Positions 1-7,230 are shown, numbered from the stretch's first letter. The stretch is DNA of 13,212 nt from Octopus sinensis (GCF_006345805.1 NW_021826289.1:1-13212), one strand, 5' to 3'. The notes: generated by a model from the letters alone, not told the origin. Made by a program: numbers and translations.

Positions 1-341
1 TGAAAGAAGAATTTTCCAAGTGAGATAAATATTTCGAAACAGATGCTCCTATATTTTCATTTCTCATGAAACCCGACTTTGAGGGATTTGAAAACGAACT
101 CATTTAATCTCTCACATTTTGGCTCAAAAACAAATATACAGGATAGTTTTGAAGTGGAAATGATTGAATTAACCACTTCAGAATTATGGGGGGAAAATAT
201 ATGGAATTACGAAAATCTCTTGAAAGAAGCAGCTTACAGAATTCAGTTGCCATCTTCAATCGCTGGGAGACGTTGCCTGAAAGATTCAATTCTTTGAAGA
301 AAATCGCCTCAGCTCGGCTTTCACCCTTTAGCTCAACATAT
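1..341 (+). pseudogene. Decayed hAT-superfamily transposase remnant, C-terminal region (SPIN/Buster, GTF2IRD2/EPM2AIP1-like)
   Basis: Three frames join into a recognisable peptide: KEEFSK*...FSFLMKPD, then DSFEVEMIELTTSELW, then (shift in the G-run near 188-193) KYMELRKSLE...IFNRWETLPERFNSLKKIASARLSPFSSTY. W..LP..F..LKK.A...L..F.STY is the motif leading into the hAT dimerisation domain. The expected CE..FS after STY is missing. Stop codons and frameshifts are present. Family recognised from memory, not by search. Confidence 0.8.
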
Positions 342-375
342 ACAGGATTACCCCAAATCAACAGAACCTATAAAA

Positions 376-523
376 TTTCGGTTTCCGTCTACCCAATCCA
401 CTCACAAAGATTTGGTCATCCCGAGACTATAGTAGGAGGCAATTTCCCAAAATGCCATGCAGTGGAAACTGAATCTGGATCTACGTGCTTGCGGAGCAAG
501 TTTCTTACCACACAGCCACGCCT
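376..523 (-). mobile_element. tRNA-derived SINE (family A), head only
   Basis: Reverse complement begins AGGCGTGGCTGTGTGGTAAG (A-box-like TGGCTGTGTGG), then a degenerate B box and the body ...CTACTATAGTCTCGGG...GTGAGTGGATTGGGTAGACGGAAACCGAAA. Homologous to 1553-1707, 2600-2735, 2954-3111, 6955-7092, 10872-11009 and about 12040-12189. Confidence 0.8.
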
Positions 524-737
524 ATGCATGTGTGTTTATGTATAAGTCTATATATACGATGGACAGGACAAACAAATATTTAAATAATATTTCTGACGTG
601 CGTGTAACAAAGTTATTCTATTAAGTTGCATAGTTATAGAAAGATAGAGAGAGAGGGAAAAATAAATCATATATACGTGTGTGTGTATAAATGTTAAATA
701 TTAAAAGAAAAGTAACAAAAATTGATTTCACTATTTG

Positions 738-870
738 CGCTCTGAGTTCCTTTCCTGTCGAACTCCCCTTTGCCTTTCATTTCTCAGAGGTGCTGAAGTC
801 CAATTACTCGACTTTCGACCTTCCCCACAAAAACACAACCACTGGCTTTGTACCTAATCCAGAAACCACT
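738..870 (+). mobile_element. Degenerate SINE (family B) fragment
   Basis: CTGAGTTC...TTTGCCTTTCAT...CCCCACAAAA...CTGGCTTTGTACC...GAAACCA aligns with the better-preserved family-B copies at 3596-3827 and 3258-3390 (reverse). Confidence 0.6.
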
Positions 871-954
871 TAGTAGGTGGCAATCTAGGATTTTAGGACA
901 AAGAATTGCTACGCGGTGTCATTTGTAATCATGTATGATTATACAAAGATGCAT

Positions 955-1049
955 GAGGATATATATACATACACAAACGCGCACAAATATATGTGTGTGT
1001 ATGAGTGTGTGTGTGCACATGAGTGTGTGTATCTATGTACATTTGTATG

Positions 1050-1092
<43 letters not shown>

Positions 1093-1265
1093 GCATGTAT
1101 GTATATATGTATGTACAAGCGAGCGTGTGTCTACATGCGTGTGTGAATACATGCACATATGTACGAAGCGAAACATTCACACACACACACACGTATATAT
1201 ATAGGTATATAAATACATAGATATATATTTTATACGCATTTAGATGTATACACACGCATATATGT
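955..1265. repeat. Compound (TA)n/(TG)n/(CA)n microsatellite
   Basis: Alternating purine-pyrimidine runs, with homologous tracts at about 7450-7800 and 11365-11665. Source of the YIYI/VCVC ORFs. Confidence 0.95.
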
Positions 1266-1271
1266 GTATTC

Positions 1272-1707
1272 TTTTTCTTTAATTCTTTTACTTGTTGAAG
1301 TCATTTGCCTGCGCCCATGCTGGAGTACTATATCAAAAGCCTTGAAGCCCAATAAATTGACATCAGGGATTATTCTTTGTAAGCCAAATACTTATTTTAT
1401 TGGCCTCTTTAGCCGAACCGCAATGTTAAGGAGGGGAGCGTAAAAAACCTGCTGTCAAGATATGAAAGGGTAACAAACATAGTCGCAAAGACAGAAACAC
1501 ACATACACAAACAAACTCACACATAGATGCATCAATATATATATATATATAAAGAACATTTTTCGGTTTCTGTCTACCTAATCCACTCGTAAGACTTTGG
1601 TCGGCCTTAGGCTATAGTAGAAGAGACTTTCCCAAATTGCCATGCAGTGAAACTGAACCTGGATCTATCTGCTTGCGAACCATCTATCTTACCACATAGC
1701 CACGCCT
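1272..1707 (-). mobile_element. Full-length SINE family A with internal microsatellite
   Basis: 1272-1495 is the reverse complement of the 3' half seen on + at 2760-2950 (GACTGAAACAAGTAAAAGAAT end, GGCTTACAAAGA). 1497-1551 is an internal CA/TA tract. 1553-1707 is the tRNA-like head (rc AGGCGTGGCTATGTGG...GGTTCAGT). Confidence 0.8.
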
Positions 1708-2048
1708 ATGCATGTGTGTTTATGTATAAGTCTATATATAGGATGAACAGGACAAACAAATATTTAAATAATAATTCTGACGTGCATATAACAACGTTAT
1801 GGTTGCTAGGAACCAAATGCTCACCGACAAATGATAGTCAGGAACAAAGTTATTCTATTAAGTTCCGTAGTATTAGAAAGATAGAAGGAGAGGGGAAAAT
1901 AAATCATATATATATGTGTGTGTATATTAAGGATAAATATTAAAAGAAAAGTAACAAAAAATGGTTTACCTTTATAACGCCGGCTCCAAATATTACTTCA
2001 GTTTGAATTTTTACAGAAATGAAATAAGTTTTATCCACTTATCTGAAT

Positions 2049-2599
2049 ATTCTATTGACTCATATAAATTTTTTGTCTCACCTTCCAGCTTCTATCCGAA
2101 ATGCATACTGAATGAAATATCCTGTTGTAATAATTCTCTATATTTTTTAAACGAGAGTGGCAGTATTTTCCCTTGATGTATGTGATTGGCTGAAATACTT
2201 TAATATCCGGAAAATAAATCCATATTCCAGCTAGTCACCATTCCTACACGTCAAGTGTTGAAATGGTCGCTGTGTAACATAAGATGAAGTGTTCTGCGCA
2301 CAATACACCACTCGTCCCAGGATCTGAAATCATGACCTTAATCACGATTTCATGTGTCCTCGACTTCAATTATATTACCAAAATGGTATTTTTCATATGT
2401 CCTGGCAACACCCAGAGAATATTCTTATCTACTTGACACATTTCTAAAACAAACGCCATTGTTTTAGAGGTCATGATCATCCCGTCGATTTACTTACATC
2501 GTATTGTGTGTTCTATTCTTTCCGTGGTTAAGACGGTAGGGTGTGAGACAGTAGAATATCATTGTCTCAAATGCTTACGATAGGGCTGATAGCGCAAAT
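2049..2599. repeat. Module Y, copy 1 (with ~160-bp internal deletion at 2465)
   Basis: Aligns to 12533-13212 (near-identical over 2049-2465) and more distantly to 6051-6784 and 9969-10703. Confidence 0.95.
2183..2193 (-). promoter_or_regulatory. CCAAT (NF-Y-type) box candidate, retained in all four Y copies
   Basis: rc TCAGCCAATCA matches the NF-Y consensus. Identical at 6186-6196, 10105-10115 and 12665-12675. Motif match only. Confidence 0.25.
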
Positions 2600-2950
2600 G
2601 AGTAAGAAAGACATGGTTCCGGGTTCAGTCCCGTTGCGAGAGAGCTTGGCTGAGTGTCTTCTGCTATAGCCTAGGGCCGACCAAAACGATGTGAGTAGAT
2701 TTCATAGATGGCAACTCAAATAAGCCCGTCGTATGTGTGTGTGTAAATTTTTTAGTCTTTATTTGTCCGTCCACCATCCCTTGACAACCGATGTTGGTGT
2801 GCTTACGTCCCTGTAACCTAGCGGTTCTGTAAAAGAAACTGATAGAATAATTAATAGGCTTACAAAGATTAAGTCCTAGGGTCGATTTGTTCAACTAAAG
2901 GCGGAGCTCCAATATGGCCGCAGCCAAATGACTGAAACAAGTAAAAGAAT
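2600..2950 (+). mobile_element. Near full-length SINE family A (5' end partly deleted)
   Basis: B box GGGTTCAGTCCC at 2621-2632, body GTGTCTTCTGCTATAGCC...GGCCGACCAAA...AAGCCCGTCG, short internal (TG)n, 3' half ending GACTGAAACAAGTAAAAGAAT. Confidence 0.85.
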
Positions 2951-2953
2951 AGT

Positions 2954-3111
2954 CACGATGGGCTTCTTTCAGTTTCCATCTAGCAAATCCACTCCTGAAG
3001 ATTTTGAGAGTTCAATGGCTACAGTAGAAGACATGTGCGTGGTGAGCCACGCAGTGGAAATGAACCCGAAACCAGATTTGGAAGCAAGCATCTAACCACA
3101 CAGCCGCGCCT
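2954..3111 (-). mobile_element. SINE family A head, inverted relative to 2600-2950
   Basis: rc AGGCGCGGCTGTGTGGTTAG...CGGGTTCATTTCC...GGATTTGCTAGATGGAAACTGAAAGAAGCCC. Confidence 0.8.
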
Positions 3112-3257
3112 AAACATGCCCCCTACACATTCAATCCAAGGAAACACGCATAAAGATGAGACACTCTCCAAGCCGTTCACTTTATAATTTGCTAAAACCA
3201 TTATCATGGTGTCCATTAGTGAGTAATGCTGTGTTTTGTTTTATTTCTCCTACACAT

Positions 3258-3390
3258 TGATTTCAAATTTTGGCACAACACCAGCAATTTCGGAGGAGGT
3301 AGTATGTTGATTACATCGACCCCAGTACTTAACTGATATTGATTTCATCGACCCCGAAATGATAAAAGGCAAAGACAACCTCGGCGGAAT
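3258..3390 (-). mobile_element. SINE family B, 5'-truncated
   Basis: rc of 3309-3390 matches 3677-3758 at 66/82 positions, ungapped (counted by hand). Confidence 0.85.
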
Positions 3391-3595
3391 ATTTCTACTT
3401 AATATTTAATATCATTACGTTCATGCATTTTTGAAATTGTGTGTTAAAACAGAAATTCTTCTATTTGGAGATGGTTCTCTCTTGCCAATGAAGCACGCGC
3501 AATATATATTTGATCTTCACTTTATTATTATTATTATTGTTGTTGTTATTATTGGTACGCTGGGCGAAACGCTTAGAAGTATTTCGTCTGCCAAT

Positions 3596-3827
3596 AGGCG
3601 GTGAGTTGGCAGAAACGTTAGCACGTCGGGCGAAATGCTTTGCAGAATTTCGTCTGTGGTTACGTTCTGAGTTCAAATTCCGCCGAGGTCGACATTGCCT
3701 TTCATCCATTCGGGGACGATTAAATAAGTACCAGTTACACACTTGGGTCGATATAATCGACTTAATCCGTTTGTCTGTCCATGTTTGTCCTCTCTGTGTT
3801 TAGCCCCTTGTGGGCAGTAAAGAAATA
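3596..3827 (+). mobile_element. Full-length tRNA-derived SINE family B (possibly MetaSINE-type central domain)
   Basis: A-box-like TGGCAGAAACG, B box GAGTTCAAATTCC (3669-3681), central TTGCCTTTCATCCATTCGGGGACGATTAAATAAGTACCAG that resembles the Meta domain as I recall it (assignment unverified). A partial duplicate of the head lies at 3557-3592. Confidence 0.85.
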
Positions 3828-3970
3828 GGTATTTCGTCTCTCACTACGTTCTGAGTTCAAATTCCACCGAGGTTGACTTTGCCTTTCATCCTTTCGGGGA
3901 CGATAAATTAAGTAACAGTTACAACTGGGATCGATGTAATGGACTTGTCCTTCTGCTTCCAGTAGACAGG

Positions 3971-3973
<3 letters not shown>
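3828..3973 (+). mobile_element. 5'-truncated SINE family B, tandem to the previous copy
   Basis: GGTATTTCGTCT...CTGAGTTCAAATTCCACCGAGGTTGACTTTGCCTTTCATCCTTTCGGGG..., ending AGTAGACAGGATT into an (ATT)n tail. Confidence 0.85.
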
Positions 3974-4013
<40 letters not shown>

Positions 4014-4018
4014 TATTA

Positions 4019-4064
<46 letters not shown>

Positions 4065-4083
4065 CATTATTGTTATTATTATT
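3971..4083. repeat. (ATT)n microsatellite
   Basis: Near-perfect ATT run. Confidence 0.98.
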
Positions 4084-4084
4084 A

Positions 4085-4301
4085 AAGCGGAGAGCTGGCA
4101 GAATCGTTAGCACGCCGGGCAAAATGCTTGGTGGTATTTCATCCATCATTAGTTTCTGAGTTCAAATACCCCTGAGGTCAACTTAGAATTTCATCATTTC
4201 GAGGTCTATAATTTAAATGCCAGTTAAGAACTAGGGGCTATGTAATAAACTAACTCACCCCCAAAAATATTTCAGGACTTGTGCCTATAGTAGGAACGAT
4301 T
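4085..4301 (+). mobile_element. Full-length SINE family B (older, more diverged)
   Basis: GCGGAGAGCTGGCAGAATCGTTAGCACGCCGGGCAAAATGCTT...CTGAGTTCAAAT..., 3' end TTTCAGGACTTGTGCCTATAGTAGGAACGATT into an (ATT)n tail. Confidence 0.8.
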
Positions 4302-4329
4302 GTTATTATTGTTATTATTATTTTTGTGA

Positions 4330-4378
<49 letters not shown>

Positions 4379-4401
4379 TATTATTATTATTATTATTATT
4401 A

Positions 4402-4440
<39 letters not shown>
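4302..4440. repeat. (ATT)n microsatellite
   Basis: Near-perfect ATT run with occasional GTT. Immediately precedes duplication unit U1. Confidence 0.98.
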
Positions 4441-4441
<1 letters not shown>

Positions 4442-4856
4442 CATTAGTTTATTTAAATTCTTTCGTCTCACATAATATGATCTCCTCGGCGTCTCTCTGC
4501 TCCACCTGTTTCTTCTTATTCCACTTATTCTCTATTAAAATTATTAAATGTCTACTTATCTACTGTTTGTCAAGTGGATTGTTTATCAAATAATTTATAC
4601 TCGGAACAATTGTACATATTTCCCTGGTTAAAACGGAATTTCCCACTTGGTGCAGCTACGTAATTTAGTAAGTGTTTGCAAGTGCTAGAAACTTGGGAAG
4701 CGGATTTTGAACGACGCAAATGTCTCGTTTGACAAATGCAAGTTGATTTTTGCATCAAAAATTCGGACAAGGAGTAGACGGAGTGGGTAGCGAAGGTCGG
4801 TGGAGGGTGTTGAAACCCTTTCTGGTGGGAGGAAGAAAAAAGACGAATGAATACAC

Positions 4857-4858
4857 GT

Positions 4859-4889
<31 letters not shown>

Positions 4890-4916
4890 TACATATATAT
4901 ATATATATATATATAT
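4857..4916. repeat. (CA)n-(CG)7-(TA)n alternating purine-pyrimidine tract
   Basis: CGCGCGCGCGCGCGC at 4870-4884, between CA and TA runs. Confidence 0.95.
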
Positions 4917-5131
4917 GGATAGAGAGAGACTTTTATGGGGGCAACCAGATCGACCCATCTCAAGTGTAACTGCCCGAGATGGTCGTGACTTCTGGGACTT
5001 GACTGAGGAAAGAAAGCCACGAATGAGCCGTCTTTTTTTGCCTGTCCTTCTAATCGTTGTTTCTCCTGCCCGCCTTTCTATCGTCTATCAGTCCGAATCT
5101 TTCATTGTCTTCTATTGCGTTTTTTTACCAT

Positions 5132-5342
5132 TTATATATGTATGTGTGTGTGTATGAGTGTGTGTGTGAGTGTGTGTGTGTGTGTGTGTATGTGTCTATC
5201 TATCAATCTATTTATAGAAGTTTCTATTTGTTTATCTGTCTAATTATTATTCTATTTATCTCTCTCTTTCTCTATTTCTTTCATTTTCTTTCCCTCTCTC
5301 TCTGTTCCCCACTTTCTTTTTCTCTCCTTCTGTCTTTCTCTC

Positions 5343-5375
<33 letters not shown>
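5132..5375. repeat. (TG)n and (TC)-rich low-complexity tracts
   Basis: Seen directly. Paralog at about 9062-9300. Confidence 0.9.
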
Positions 5376-5377
<2 letters not shown>

Positions 5378-5499
5378 GTTGCTATTTTTAGTGTGCTGGT
5401 GCTTCTTGTAGGATCTTTAATTATTAATTAATGAGGCTTTACCTTATGGGATTGTTTTTACGCATGCTTGCGACTTGATATTATTGGAAGCAATAATAT

Positions 5500-5502
5500 C
5501 AT

Positions 5503-5534
<32 letters not shown>

Positions 5535-5572
5535 CATATATATATATATATATAATATAACATATAATATAT

Positions 5573-5620
<48 letters not shown>

Positions 5621-5634
5621 GCATATAAATACAT

Positions 5635-5672
<38 letters not shown>
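5500..5672. repeat. (TA)n/(CA)n microsatellite
   Basis: Seen directly. Paralog at about 9432-9572. Confidence 0.95.
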
Positions 5673-5710
5673 TCACTAATACACAGGTGTGTATAGAAGA
5701 ATATATTATT

Positions 5711-6050
5711 AAACATGGTATATGACATATGAAGGTGTGACAGCAACCCAGAAATCACTCTTATCTACTAGGCGTTTTACTGAAGCAACACCCACTGAAG
5801 TTTCATGGATCCCAAAACGATCTGAGCGTCTCTTGTCAGCTAACGATATGGCGTTGCATCATGTAATGATAGAAAGACTGACGCAGAAAATTCCGGAGTT
5901 TGGTGTGGTGATACAAAGTCTGAGAACGAAGCCAACCTTAGGTACATATGTTTGTTTGATCTTTTGTGTTTTACTTAGGATGTTGTGGTCGACGTTGTTG
6001 TTTGCCCTGATCGTAGTTTTGCACAAAGTCATTCCAACTCTAGCTATCTA
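5711..6050. repeat. Segment Z, copy 1 (ancient paralog of the Y core)
   Basis: Paralog at 9612-9968, which carries an extra 16 nt (TACTCCTAAGAGATGC). Its 5' part aligns weakly with 6402-6555. Confidence 0.75.
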
Positions 6051-6784
6051 ATTCTATTGAATCATATAAGATTTTTGTCTCACGTTTCAGCTGCTATCCG
6101 AAAAGCATACACAATGAAGTACCCGTGTGAAATAATTCTCTATTTTATTTAAAACGAGAGTGGCAGTAATTTTCCTTGATGTTTGTGATTGGCTGAAATT
6201 CTTTAATATCTGGAAAATAAATCTAATTTCCAGCTATTCACCATTCCTACACGACAAGTGTTGAAATGGTGTCTGTGCAACATGAGATGAAGTGTTTGCG
6301 CGCAATACACCTCCCGTTGCAAGATTTGAAATCAAAACCTTGTTATCGAGAGCAGCACCTTTAACCACGATATTCTGTATTCTCGACTTCTATTATATTA
6401 CCAAAATGGTATTTTTCATATGTCCAGGCAACACCCAGAGGATATTCTTATCTACTTGACACATTTCTAAAACAAACGCCATTGTTTTTATCGATTATTG
6501 GGATGGCGATATCTGCTCAAAGACACGACCTCATCTCTCGAGTTACTAAAATGCAAACCCGACGAATTTCCCTCGTTTCCCAGAATATATTTCAGTTGGT
6601 TGTAAAGGATGCTTGTTGTTCACTGACGAGAAGACTATGATCAGAGGCGTTTCCGTCGTGATCATCCCGTCGATTTACATATATTGCAATGTGTGTTGTG
6701 TTCTTTCCGTTGTTAAGACGGTAGGGTGTGAGACAATGGAATATCATTGTCTCAAATGCTTACGATAGGGCTGATAGCGCAAAT
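6051..6784. repeat. Module Y, copy 2
   Basis: Aligns to 9969-10703, 2049-2599 and 12533-13212. Confidence 0.95.
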
Positions 6785-6954
6785 ATACAAGTAATGGACA
6801 TTCATTAGTCCTAAAACCTACATCTACAATCATTATTGTAATACATCACATGATGAGGATGTTAACTTTCATAGATCTTTCCGATGTATAAGTTCGACCT
6901 TTCTATCAAGATGAACCATCAATATATTAAATGACATCTAGGACTTCCTTAGGG

Positions 6955-7092
6955 TCCGTCTACAATACCCACTCACAATCTTTGTTCGGACCGAGGCTAT
7001 AGTAGAAGAAACTTTCCCAGGTTGCCATGCAGCGAAGCTAAACCTGGATCTAAGTGCTTACGGAGCAAGTTTCTTACCACATAGCCACGCCT
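6955..7092 (-). mobile_element. SINE family A head
   Basis: CCGAGGCTATAGTAGAAG...CTTACCACATAGCCACGCCT. Identical to 10872-11009. Confidence 0.8.
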
Positions 7093-7230
7093 ATGCATGT
7101 GTGTTTATGTATAAGTCTATATATAGGATGAACAGGACAAACAAATGTTTAACTAATAGTTTTTACATGCGTGTAACAACGTTATGGTTGCTTGGAAAAG
7201 AAAAGTAACAAAAATTGATTTATCTATTCG

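Noticed and set aside
186-545. 119-aa ORF as a gene
   Set aside because: It is a chance fusion of the transposase remnant (to 341) with antisense SINE sequence.
916-1255. Overlapping YIYI/VCVC/HTHT ORFs (also 7401-7841, 9386-9659, 11325-11705)
   Set aside because: Dinucleotide repeats have no stop codons in several frames, so these are not evidence of coding.
3971-4440. SINE-B being mobilised by the R4/Dong element because both touch ATT/TAA repeats
   Set aside because: Polarity is opposite: the SINE sense strand ends in (ATT)n, the R4 sense strand abuts (TAA)n, and no shared 3' sequence is visible.
3461-4593. Poly-N/I/L ORFs, including a signal-peptide-like MIFTLLLLL at 3510
   Set aside because: Translations of (ATT)n tracts and SINE-B.
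4750-5157. 135-aa ORF and a possible 48-nt exon at 5092-5139 (pyrimidine tract, CAG acceptor, GTATGT donor)
   Set aside because: The ORF reads through microsatellites, the donor lies within a TG/TA repeat, such signals are common by chance here, and there are no partner exons.
5722-6051. 109-aa ORF with a hydrophobic C-terminus, shared in part with 9706-9969
   Set aside because: Over the shared 73 codons I count 9 nonsynonymous and 3 synonymous changes (neutral-like). A 16-nt indel puts the N-termini in different frames, and I recognise no domain.
6070-6090. Good-looking splice acceptor TTTTTGTCTCACGTTTCAG in all Y copies
   Set aside because: Downstream frames are short and are not conserved between the two Y subtypes.
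6586-6768. Cys-rich frame CKGC...hydrophobic...YHCLKC that recalls the LITAF zinc-binding layout
   Set aside because: Open only in Y copy 2. It is frameshifted in copy 3, stopped in copy 4 and deleted in copy 1, and spacing differs from the LITAF HxCxxC motif. A profile search of the peptide would settle it.
6807-6945. Short palindromes and a 7-bp inverted pair (AGTCCTA/TAGGACT) suggesting a MITE, and an ATGATGA C-box suggesting a snoRNA
   Set aside because: The inverted repeat is too short and has no target-site duplication. There is no downstream CTGA D box, and the C-box is mutated in the paralog.
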